A DNA stretch of 64,000 nt from a virus. Its lineage: Duplodnaviria > Caudoviricetes. Shown one piece after another: positions 19,612 to 27,588 of this stretch. Both the position numbers and the translations under genes were made by a program. The DNA lies in the IMG/VR virus record IMGVR_UViG_2576861548_000003, positions 45,909 to 109,908 of that record, one strand, 5' to 3'. The notes under the pieces are model-generated. The model saw nothing but the letters and a program-made list of their open reading frames with translations, did no database searches and had not been told where the DNA came from. Within the stretch, counting starts at the first letter, position 1. Each line of letters begins with the position of its first letter.

Positions 19612-20009
19612 ACAGAGAAATAATATTCAGAGGGAAAAGCACAAATAATGGTAAATGGGTGTATGCAAAATTACATGGGTTTGGCATGGACTTATTTAAT
19701 GAGTGTGTACAGGAGAATACTGTTGGGCAGTTCACCGGCTTGCATGACAAGAACGGAAAAGAAATATATGAAGGTGACATTGTTGAACAAATAGTTACAA
19801 ATGGATACGGTTATGGTTTTATAGGTGAAGTAAGTTTTGATAACGGAGTTTTTGGTATAAAACATAAGACTTATAAAGGTTACATTGTATCTAGTTTTGT
19901 ATATTCCTCAGATTGGAATGATGGTCATGCGCACGGAACCGTTTTATATGAATATGAATTAAAAGGAAATATCTACGATAACCCAGAATTATTAACCAAC
20001 TATCAATAG
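19608..20009 (+). CDS. YopX-family protein (copy 2)
   Basis: Near-identical to 14663-15064. Confidence 0.9.
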   Translation: MNREIIFRGKSTNNGKWVYAKLHGFGMDLFNECVQENTVGQFTGLHDKNGKEIYEGDIVEQIVTNGYGYGFIGEVSFDNGVFGIKHKTYKGYIVSSFVYSSDWNDGHAHGTVLYEYELKGNIYDNPELLTNYQ

Positions 20010-20069
20010 CGTTTGATAGAATGCTGTCAGATTTGCCAAGCAAGCGGTGGTTTGACAGCATAGTTAAAA

Positions 20070-20142
20070 GGGAATTTAGCAAAGATGGTCTATGCGTCGG
20101 ACTAAAAATCCGAAGAACAAGGTTCGAATCCTTGAGTTCCCA
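20070..20142 (+). tRNA. tRNA-Phe with AAA anticodon
   Basis: Acceptor GGGAATT/AGTTCCC, anticodon arm TCGGA-CTAAAAA-TCCGA, T-arm CAAGG-TTCGAAT-CCTTG. Confidence 0.8.
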
Positions 20143-20155
20143 CAGTCTTGTATCA

Positions 20156-20336
20156 ATGAACGCACCACTCTATCCGAATTGAAGACGGGCGTCGGGTCTG
20201 TCTGAAGATAGGAAAGCCGATAGAGTAGCAGATAGAAAGGGGAAGGGTAAATCCGAAATAAGTCCCAGAGAGTATCTATCAAGGTGGATTCCCACAAAAT
20301 CATGTGGCAGTTGACGGTGACGACATGGCGGTTCAT
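20156..20336 (+). ncRNA. Unidentified ~180-nt structured RNA
   Basis: Closing ATGAAC/GTTCAT, internal ACTCTATC/GATAGAGT, TCGG/CCGA, AGATA/TATCT and CCACA/TGTGG helices; no credible ORF. Confidence 0.5.
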
Positions 20337-20367
20337 AATGTTGGCAGCTTGGAATAGACAAGCATTT

Positions 20368-20437
20368 GCGGAAATAGCTCATCGGTAGAGCGTTGGCATT
20401 CCAGCCAAAGAGTGGGGTTCGATTCCCTGTTTCCGCT
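20368..20437 (+). tRNA. Atypical tRNA-Gly(TCC)-like
   Basis: GCGGAAA/TTTCCGC+T73, D-arm GCTC/GAGC, T-loop TTCGATT; anticodon arm TTGGC-ATTCCA-GCCAA (6- or 8-nt loop). Confidence 0.7.
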
Positions 20438-20511
20438 CTAATGCCGTTAAACTCGGCTCGTTGATTGAGGTTGTGTAAAGTAAGCGACAAGGTTCGATTC
20501 CTTGCATTTAG
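20438..20511 (+). ncRNA. tRNA-like element without a normal anticodon loop
   Basis: Perfect T-arm CAAGG-TTCGATT-CCTTG, GCCG/CGGC hairpin, TCGTT/AGCGA stem around a 20-nt loop, imperfect acceptor CTAATG/CATTTAG. Confidence 0.4.
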
Positions 20512-20556
20512 TTGGTACTGCAAACAATCTGACAGCGTGGAAAGACACGCAAATTT

Positions 20557-20712
20557 GGTAGTATGGCGGAATTGGTAGACGCTGACAACTCTTAGTAGAC
20601 TTGGTTACGATGTTATGAAAACTGGGCATCATTGTAAAACGAACCAATCCAGTGTTACACGGAAGATGTAGAAGATTGCCAAGCATTGCAGGTTCGAGTT
20701 CTGCTGCTACCT
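20557..20712 (+). tRNA. tRNA-Leu-like RNA with a ~105-nt structured insert in place of the anticodon/variable arms
   Basis: Acceptor GGTAGTA/TGCTACC, Leu-type D-arm TGGCGGAATTGGTAGACGC, T-arm GCAGG-TTCGAGT-TCTGC. Confidence 0.6.
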
Positions 20713-20739
20713 CAACCCTTATAGTAGCGATAAGCAAAA

Positions 20740-20834
20740 GCAAGAACATTAAAGCTTGTACAGTTTACGGGGTGATGGAAATTGCCATCTGACACGACTG
20801 AAAGAAGCCGAATAAATTGCATAGGTGTTCTTGC
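20740..20834 (+). ncRNA. Unidentified ~95-nt structured RNA
   Basis: GCAAGAACAT/GTGTTCTTGC, TGTACAGTTTA/TAAATTGCATA, CGG/CCG and GATGG/CCATC nested helices. Confidence 0.5.
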
Positions 20835-20867
20835 AAATAGCTTGAAGAATAGTTAGATTTGTGTTAA

Positions 20868-20897
20868 GCCTGCCGGGAATACGCCCGGTAGGCATTT
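20868..20897 (+). terminator. GC-rich hairpin closing the RNA cluster
   Basis: GCCTGCCGGG-AATACG-CCCGGTAGGC-ATTT; U-tract is weak. Confidence 0.55.
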
Positions 20898-20936
20898 AGT
20901 GCAAAATGTATATGAAGTTATATACAACTTAAATAT

Positions 20937-21836
20937 ATGAACGATAAAGGACTAATAAGAGCATGTGAAAACTCCGGCTGTGGTTGGAAGTGTTGTTCGT
21001 TCGGATCAGACGGACATATTGTAATTTTGCCCCATGAATTTGACGGGCATGAAAAAGAAATCTCCCATTTACAGATTATAGACGATGATTACTTTGGCGG
21101 TAAAAAGGTAAAATGTATCGCTAAAGATTGCAAATCATGTGACAATGGTTACAAGCCTATTATGTGTCGTACTTATCCTTTGTGGGTAAAATCAGTGAAA
21201 AAAAGTTTTGTGTTTCGTAGTGGTAAGTGTCCGCTAAATAATGAACAACTTGCTAAACATAAGGAGTTTGTATTAGACATTTTCAACAATTACAGAAAAG
21301 TGCTGTTGCCTGAAAATGATATAGACACATTCCTTTCAAAAGCATGGATTGACCGTTACGAACCGCTGTTCCCAATAAAGAAGGAAAGCACAGAGTACAA
21401 GATGCAGGTCAAATCTTTATCTATGTCTGATATATCAGATATTGAAAAGATGGAGCAGACGCTTCTTCGCAATCCAGATATGTGTTTCGCATCAGAGCCG
21501 GAAGACATAGCCAAATGCTTGGAATCAGGTTGCAGTTATGGGTTATTCGTAAATGACAAACTGGCTGCCTATTCTCTTGCATACTTCACAGAATACGGTA
21601 CTGCCTATGTGGATAAATGCTTTGTTCATTCTGATTACAGAGGGAATGGATTCCAATACGTACTTCTCAATTCTAATATTGCTAAATTAATATCTAATGG
21701 GGTCCAGGAAATCTATGCCATGGTCTCACCGAAAAATGAAGCAAGTATCAAGAGTTTCATTAATGCAGGATTTTCTTTTAAACGAGATAGCAAATACAAA
21801 GAGATTGAACGTTTAATCTTAAAGTGGGAACTATGA
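20937..21836 (+). CDS. Cys-cluster (YkgJ-like) domain fused to a GNAT acyltransferase
   Basis: CENSGCGWKCC...KPIMCRTYP N-domain; C-domain FVHSDYRGNGFQ (acyl-CoA motif A) and NEASIKSFINAGF. Confidence 0.8.
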   Translation: MNDKGLIRACENSGCGWKCCSFGSDGHIVILPHEFDGHEKEISHLQIIDDDYFGGKKVKCIAKDCKSCDNGYKPIMCRTYPLWVKSVKKSFVFRSGKCPLNNEQLAKHKEFVLDIFNNYRKVLLPENDIDTFLSKAWIDRYEPLFPIKKESTEYKMQVKSLSMSDISDIEKMEQTLLRNPDMCFASEPEDIAKCLESGCSYGLFVNDKLAAYSLAYFTEYGTAYVDKCFVHSDYRGNGFQYVLLNSNIAKLISNGVQEIYAMVSPKNEASIKSFINAGFSFKRDSKYKEIERLILKWEL

Positions 21837-22711
21837 AAGTTGTTGTCTATACCAAGAATATAATAGAGAACATTGAAAAGGCGCAAAGCTTTATTAATGT
21901 TCCTATCTCGTTAATGTTCAAAGATTTCTACGAGGATATTTATGGACATATCGCGGATAAAATAAACAATAAGATTTTTGGGCTTCATTTAAAAGATAGT
22001 ATATGTTATTCTATTGGCAAAGCGACAAAAGATAATAGTGGTGCCGTGGTGACATCATTTACTGATGTTTGGCAATATCTTAATATCAATGGTATCGCAT
22101 GTCAAGGAATACATAATTTCTACATTCCGATTAATGCTTGTGATGATAGAGAAGGTTTAAGTTGTTATGAAGCAAGTAAGTTGGCCAATGAAATAAGAAT
22201 GATTTCAAGCTCCCATATATATGGCTTGATTACTTCTGGATGTCTGAATGAAAACCATCCCTCGGAAAAAGAATTGTACCGTATTTGGAAAAGCCTACGC
22301 GATAATATTGAATCTATTAGTTTGGGTGGTAGCTTTTGGCTTGGACAAGAAACTAAGATCCCAGAATTCACAAGCGATGTTCGTATTGGTGAATATATGC
22401 TGTTTGGCACAATCCCATATTGTGATTATGAGGTGAGAAAAGGTCTTAATGGCATAGAAATCGAAACAAGGGTTATAGGTATTTACCCAGAACGTAATCA
22501 ATTGATTTTGGATTGTGGCTATTCAATGGTAGACTTAGATAAGTGTCAAATTAGTGATTGTACCAATTTGAAGTTTGTAGATAGTTCTAGTGAATACTCA
22601 ATTATGGAGTGTGACCATGTCTCAGATTATTGCATTGGTGATGTGGTTACGTTTGTTCCCAATTATAAATCATTAGTCAAGTTGAGATATGCAGAACATG
22701 AATATAGATAA
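21833..22711 (+). CDS. PLP-dependent alanine/ornithine racemase-family protein
   Basis: N-terminal MFK (putative PLP lysine), DDREG, ISLGGS, VRIGEYMLFG, SSSEY and IGDVVTFVPNY parallel ornithine racemase motifs; ATGA overlap with the previous gene. Confidence 0.75.
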   Translation: MKVVVYTKNIIENIEKAQSFINVPISLMFKDFYEDIYGHIADKINNKIFGLHLKDSICYSIGKATKDNSGAVVTSFTDVWQYLNINGIACQGIHNFYIPINACDDREGLSCYEASKLANEIRMISSSHIYGLITSGCLNENHPSEKELYRIWKSLRDNIESISLGGSFWLGQETKIPEFTSDVRIGEYMLFGTIPYCDYEVRKGLNGIEIETRVIGIYPERNQLILDCGYSMVDLDKCQISDCTNLKFVDSSSEYSIMECDHVSDYCIGDVVTFVPNYKSLVKLRYAEHEYR

Positions 22712-24776
22712 ACCTTGGATTGATTATATATCCAATCGTACATTTGGCATGGAACTGGAGTTTGCCGATGGTGACAAACAACGCATCCCGCTTCCATCCG
22801 GTTACAAGTGGACGGACAACAAGTTGACCATGATGAACAATTCGGATGGTTCGGCAGTTACGCATCACGGCCAGTTCGGTGGTGAGATAAACACCCGTCC
22901 ATACCATTACTGCGCTGAAGACCTTCAGGAGTTGAAAGACTTCATTCATACCATGAAAGATGCGGGAAGCTATCTTATGTGGAATGAAGGCTTTGATGCG
23001 CATCTGTACATCAAGGATATGGACCTGGATGTTATCAAGCGTATGTTTGTCCTCTCTTATTATACTGCATATCCAATCAAACGGATATTTGATATTGCGG
23101 AGTGGTGGGAAACAAAATATCTCGTACCAAGCCCTCCTTGGGATGTAGTGAAGCGTGTATTGGAAGCAGATACTATTGAGAATCTACTGAAAGTTTTTAG
23201 CAATGGTTCAGATCGAGGACACATCCGGTACTGGCTTAATTTATGTTCTATTGAAAAGATAGGAACGGCAGAATTTAGGATCTTCAATAGCTCCTGGGAT
23301 TTCGATAAAATACTGGAAACAATCAAATTCATGTATTCGTTTGTGGAGTACGCCTACCTGCATGAAGATATGGAAGAGTATAAGCAACTCACCACAATTG
23401 ATAGGTGCCTTGAAGTGTTCAATATAGACTATTCTAAGGTTCCCCAAAGACATAAACCGTTACTTTGGGCAGCAGAACACTCGGATAATGTTACAATAGT
23501 AGGCTCCATGTTTAAGAAATCCAACCGTATGCTTTCCTTTATCAAGAAAGAGGCTTCCAAATTCGATGTAGCCCATGTGGTAAACTCGTATTATATGGAT
23601 ATAGAGCAAATACTTACCAACCGTGAGATTAAGGTGTATACAAAGGAGTATTTTATCTACATGATGTATAAGGCAATCAAGGGAGAGATAAAAGAACTGC
23701 GCTTTAATGAAGAATATGAGTTTCTAAGTATTAAATCTGAAAATCCTGCTGAAATTATTGCCACTATTCACCTTTTTAATGCCATCAAAAAGCATAAGAA
23801 TTCACAGGATATTTATCACAAATCGCTTTATGACGATTTTATGGCAAAGTTAGAGCATTACCATAAGAAGTATACGGAACGTTATCAAAAGCTAGTAGAT
23901 AACCTTAAAAGTAAGTCTATTGAAGTGCTTTATTGTGCTGATATATCGGATGCGATTCTTAACTGTAAAGAGGATGATATACTAATCTATCAGAATGAAT
24001 TTCATTCCGGAATGAAAGCTACGAGTAACGCATTGCAACGTTTCTTATTGGATGATTTTGGATCTCAAGAAAGAACTAAAACGAAATATGCAGAAATAGA
24101 TGAAGAACAAGTTAATTACATGGCTCTCTCGCAGCATGGATTTATGGGCAGAAGAGAGGTATTCAAAGACCAACGCACATATATTTGGTCTAATGTGGTA
24201 GAAAGCGGAGATAGTAGCTTTAACAAGCGAACTATCGTTCCTTTAAAATATAAACGGCTTCCGGATGATTATATGCTTACGGATAAAAGCAAACTCCGGT
24301 TTGTACGTGCTTCTATGGCAGAGATTGATTATCTGCGTATGATTTACTTGAAAAAGGGTATTCTCCTCGGTTCTGCACCATTCTGTTACTTATGGTTCTT
24401 GGATGATTATGTGTTTGGGGCTTGTATGTTTGATTTCCTGAAGGTAAGCAAATACGGCATGGATGCAGTTTGGATGAAGTCGGATTTCGTGATAGACCAT
24501 CCATTGCCCAAATTGAGTAGATTGCTAATTATGGGTGTACTTTCGTCAGAGTTCAAAGATGAATTGGACATAAGATATAAACATGAATGTGGAGTGATTG
24601 CTACTTCTGTATTTACCGATAAACCGGTAAGTATGAAGTATCGGGGAGTGTTTAAACTGCATGAACGCTGTGTTGGTAAACTCCATTACATACAAGATGC
24701 AGGCATTCGTGGCAACTTAGATGATATTTTAAAAGATTTTGTGAAAAAATACGGTGATGAGCCGAGAAAGGAATAA
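22689..24776 (+). CDS. Amidoligase-2 (COOH-NH2 ligase) domain fused to a degenerate methyltransferase-like domain and a C-terminal Mom-like GNAT domain
   Basis: RTFGMELE..DGS..GEINT..AHLY..RYWLN..GTAEFRIF; C-terminal KSDFVI..KLSRLL..TSVFTDKPVSMKYRGVF typical of phage ParB-linked DNA-modification proteins. Confidence 0.75.
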   Translation: MQNMNIDKPWIDYISNRTFGMELEFADGDKQRIPLPSGYKWTDNKLTMMNNSDGSAVTHHGQFGGEINTRPYHYCAEDLQELKDFIHTMKDAGSYLMWNEGFDAHLYIKDMDLDVIKRMFVLSYYTAYPIKRIFDIAEWWETKYLVPSPPWDVVKRVLEADTIENLLKVFSNGSDRGHIRYWLNLCSIEKIGTAEFRIFNSSWDFDKILETIKFMYSFVEYAYLHEDMEEYKQLTTIDRCLEVFNIDYSKVPQRHKPLLWAAEHSDNVTIVGSMFKKSNRMLSFIKKEASKFDVAHVVNSYYMDIEQILTNREIKVYTKEYFIYMMYKAIKGEIKELRFNEEYEFLSIKSENPAEIIATIHLFNAIKKHKNSQDIYHKSLYDDFMAKLEHYHKKYTERYQKLVDNLKSKSIEVLYCADISDAILNCKEDDILIYQNEFHSGMKATSNALQRFLLDDFGSQERTKTKYAEIDEEQVNYMALSQHGFMGRREVFKDQRTYIWSNVVESGDSSFNKRTIVPLKYKRLPDDYMLTDKSKLRFVRASMAEIDYLRMIYLKKGILLGSAPFCYLWFLDDYVFGACMFDFLKVSKYGMDAVWMKSDFVIDHPLPKLSRLLIMGVLSSEFKDELDIRYKHECGVIATSVFTDKPVSMKYRGVFKLHERCVGKLHYIQDAGIRGNLDDILKDFVKKYGDEPRKE

Positions 24777-24779
24777 TAT

Positions 24780-25481
24780 ATGGGAAAATTCAAGATAGCG
24801 GAAGTGCAATTATCTGACATTAAACTGGTCAAGAAAAATGCGCATTTCATGCAGCAGGACACGTTTAATGCCTTAGTGAATAACATTCGTAGAGACGGTC
24901 AATTATCGTCTGTACCATTCTGTGTAAAGCATTCGGATGGCTCTTATACGGTGGTGAGTGGTAATCACCGAACACAAGCGGCAAAAATGGCTGGGCTTAC
25001 TTCCATCCATGTTATGTACATAGATGAAGAGGAGACTACAAACGATTGGTTGCTGGCAACACAATTGTCACATAACAGTATAGTTGGGCAAGACGATGCG
25101 GAGATTTTGAAGCAATTGCTTGATGAAATAACAGATGTCGCACTGAAAGAATATGCGCATATCAGTAATGAAGTTCTGGAAAGTGTGAAGGACATTAACT
25201 ATACGGTTGAAATGCCGAATAATGAAATCGTCCCGGTAACTCTTATGTTTGTTGATACGCAGAAAACCGCATTCGATAAGTTGATGGAAACATTGGATTG
25301 CTATTCTGAAAAAGAACTTGGCAATCTTACTTTGGTAGATATGGATACAATGCACCGGTTGAATGAAGTATCGGCTAAAGTACAAGCCAAGTATAAAATC
25401 AAGGCCCAGGCTTTGAGTATTTGCAAAATGTTGGAAATTGTAAATAATGTATTGGAGGGTAATGCGGATGGAGAAAGATAG
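24780..25481 (+). CDS. ParB/Srx N-terminal domain protein
   Basis: KNAHFM..LVNNIRRDG..VVSGNHRTQAA. Confidence 0.85.
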   Translation: MGKFKIAEVQLSDIKLVKKNAHFMQQDTFNALVNNIRRDGQLSSVPFCVKHSDGSYTVVSGNHRTQAAKMAGLTSIHVMYIDEEETTNDWLLATQLSHNSIVGQDDAEILKQLLDEITDVALKEYAHISNEVLESVKDINYTVEMPNNEIVPVTLMFVDTQKTAFDKLMETLDCYSEKELGNLTLVDMDTMHRLNEVSAKVQAKYKIKAQALSICKMLEIVNNVLEGNADGER

Positions 25482-25839
25482 AAAATACAGGTTGAATACA
25501 AGGCAAAAGAAAACATTGTTTCTAAAAGCCCTTGATGCAAGACTTCTTAATGTGACGAAAGCATGCGAGGCCGCAAGTATATGTCGTTCTCTTGCTTATA
25601 AATGGAGAGAAAATGACCCCGAGTTTAAAGCGAAATGGGAAGAGGTTGAAGAAGCGTTCAAAGACAAAATAGAAACGTGTATGTTCACAAAAGCTATTAC
25701 GGAACAGGACAATACTATGCTTATTTGGCTAAGTAAAACTAAGCTTCGTGATAGAGGCTACGTAGAAAAGATTGAACAGGATTTGAACGTGAACCCGTTT
25801 GAAAAACTTATGCAGGAATTGCCAGATGATGAAGAATGA
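25468..25839 (+). CDS. Terminase small subunit
   Basis: HTH-like NVTKACEAASICRSLAYKWRENDPEF, RDRGY; immediately upstream of TerL. Confidence 0.75.
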   Translation: MEKDRKYRLNTRQKKTLFLKALDARLLNVTKACEAASICRSLAYKWRENDPEFKAKWEEVEEAFKDKIETCMFTKAITEQDNTMLIWLSKTKLRDRGYVEKIEQDLNVNPFEKLMQELPDDEE

Positions 25840-27350
25840 CAATAGCAGATGAAAAATCTTTGCGGAAAATCAAATCATGGACAGAAGACTGGAATAGGTT
25901 TGTGCGTGATGCTCTTAAAGCTCGTTTGGATAAGGAGCAACAGGATATTATTTCATCTGTGCAGTACAATCCTATGACAGCTGTTGCATCGGGAACAGCT
26001 CGTGGTAAGGACTTCGTGGCGGCCTGTGCATCTTTGTGTTTCATGTATCTTACTCCTCGTTGGAAAGATGGGAAGTTGACTAAAAACACTAAAATTGCTA
26101 TGACAGCGCCTACCGCTCGTCAAGTACAAAATATTATGATTCCGGAAATCTCACGTTTATACAGGAATGCAGGTTTCCTTCCGGGAAGATTGTTGTCGTC
26201 AGGTATAAAGACTGATTACGAAGAGTGGTTCCTGACGGGGTTTAAGGCGGGTGATGATAACACCGAAGCATGGTCCGGTTTTCACGCTGTAAATACGATG
26301 TTTGTTGTTACCGAAGCTTCTGGTATTTCTGAATCAACGTATAACGCCATTGAAGGTAACTTACAAGGTAATTCTCGTTTGCTTATCGTGTTTAATCCGA
26401 ATGTTACTACCGGTTATGCCGCACGCGCTATGAAGTCGGAGCGTTTTGCAAAATTTCGTTTGGATTCTCTTAATGCGGAGAATGTGGTATCTAAGAAAGC
26501 TGTAATTCCAGGACAGGTAAACTACGAGTGGGTTAAGGATAAAGTTGAGAATTGGTGTTCTCTGTTACAGAAAGCAGATTTCAATGAGGGAGAGGGAGAT
26601 TTTACATGGGAAGGTAAGTTATATCGTCCAAATGATCTTTTCCGTGTCAAGGTCAGAGGTATGTTCCCTAAAGTTTCCGAGGATGTACTTATACCTTATG
26701 AATGGATAGAAATAGCAAACAGAAATTGGCAGGAATTACAGGCAAGCGGCTTCATTCCATCCAAATCGTGCAAGTTAGGTGTTGACGTGGCTGGTATGGG
26801 ACGCGACAATAGTGTACTTTGTCCTCGATATGGTAACTATGTGGCGCAATTTGAAGTACATCAATCCGCTGGTCGAGCAGACCATATGCATGTAGTCGGT
26901 ATGGCGATACCCTATTTGAAGAAGAGGGGAGCTAAAGCATTTATTGATACGATAGGAGAGGGGGCAGGTGTTTATTCCCGCTTGTTAGAAGAAGAATTTA
27001 CAAATGCTTTTTCATGTAAATATTCAGAAGGTGCGGATGGATTGCATGATATTACCGGAGAATATGAATTTGCCAATATGCGCGCATATTTGTATTGGGC
27101 TTTGCGCGACTGGCTCAATCCTAAAAATGGATTTGGTGCAGCTTTACCTCCATGTGACCAGTTAATGGAAGAAGCGACTGAAACTAAATGGAAGTTTCTC
27201 AGTAATGGAAAGATTATCATTGAGGCTAAAGAAGACATAAAAAAACGTATCAAGCGTTCTCCTGACTATATGGATGCATTAGCGAATACATTTTATCCTA
27301 GGGATTACAGCTTTATTAGCGATGAAGAGCTGCTCAAAGATTTTTTGTAG
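25836..27350 (+). CDS. Terminase large subunit
   Basis: Walker A-like SGTARGKD, VVTEASG, FNPN coupling motif, LGVDVAG nuclease motif, SPDYMDAL. Confidence 0.92.
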   Translation: MTIADEKSLRKIKSWTEDWNRFVRDALKARLDKEQQDIISSVQYNPMTAVASGTARGKDFVAACASLCFMYLTPRWKDGKLTKNTKIAMTAPTARQVQNIMIPEISRLYRNAGFLPGRLLSSGIKTDYEEWFLTGFKAGDDNTEAWSGFHAVNTMFVVTEASGISESTYNAIEGNLQGNSRLLIVFNPNVTTGYAARAMKSERFAKFRLDSLNAENVVSKKAVIPGQVNYEWVKDKVENWCSLLQKADFNEGEGDFTWEGKLYRPNDLFRVKVRGMFPKVSEDVLIPYEWIEIANRNWQELQASGFIPSKSCKLGVDVAGMGRDNSVLCPRYGNYVAQFEVHQSAGRADHMHVVGMAIPYLKKRGAKAFIDTIGEGAGVYSRLLEEEFTNAFSCKYSEGADGLHDITGEYEFANMRAYLYWALRDWLNPKNGFGAALPPCDQLMEEATETKWKFLSNGKIIIEAKEDIKKRIKRSPDYMDALANTFYPRDYSFISDEELLKDFL

Positions 27351-27377
27351 TTGTGTTTCTTTTAGTACCTTTGTAAC

Positions 27378-27446
27378 CGAAAACACTTCTTTTGTGTTTT
27401 CATTGCTCTTATGTGCACTGGCTTGTGAAAGTCGGTGCCATTTTTG
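27378..27446 (+). ncRNA. Candidate trans-acting antisense sRNA
   Basis: -7 box TACCTTTG (27366-27373), 5' hairpin GAAAACAC/GTGTTTTC, seed TGTTTTCATTGCTCTTAT, terminator GCACTGGCT-TGTGAA-AGTCGGTGC-CATTTTT. Confidence 0.65.
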
Positions 27447-27588
27447 TTCTATGTCAAAAGTTAAATCTTTGATTTAGAGAGGTTTGTTGTAAAAATAAAA
27501 GTGCAAATGTTTGGATAACTCGTTGATAATTATTATCTTTACAATACAAAAAGAAACCAATAATACTAACAATTAAAAGACAAGGGCA

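Noticed and set aside
20192-20220. Hammerhead ribozyme (CTGAAGA...GAAA)
   Set aside because: No room for stem II, and stems I/III do not pair correctly around GTC
20583-20687. Group I intron or tmRNA within the Leu-like tRNA
   Set aside because: About 105 nt is too short, no P7 core is recognisable, and there is no Ala acceptor identity or tag frame
20143-20740. HDV-like (theta) ribozymes at tRNA 3' ends and stop-codon recoding
   Set aside because: Could not fold a nested double pseudoknot by eye; no suppressor anticodon; genes read normally in code 11
20076-20749. Minus-strand ORFs over the RNA cluster
   Set aside because: They are shadows of GC-richer tRNA/ncRNA sequence, with no protein-like features
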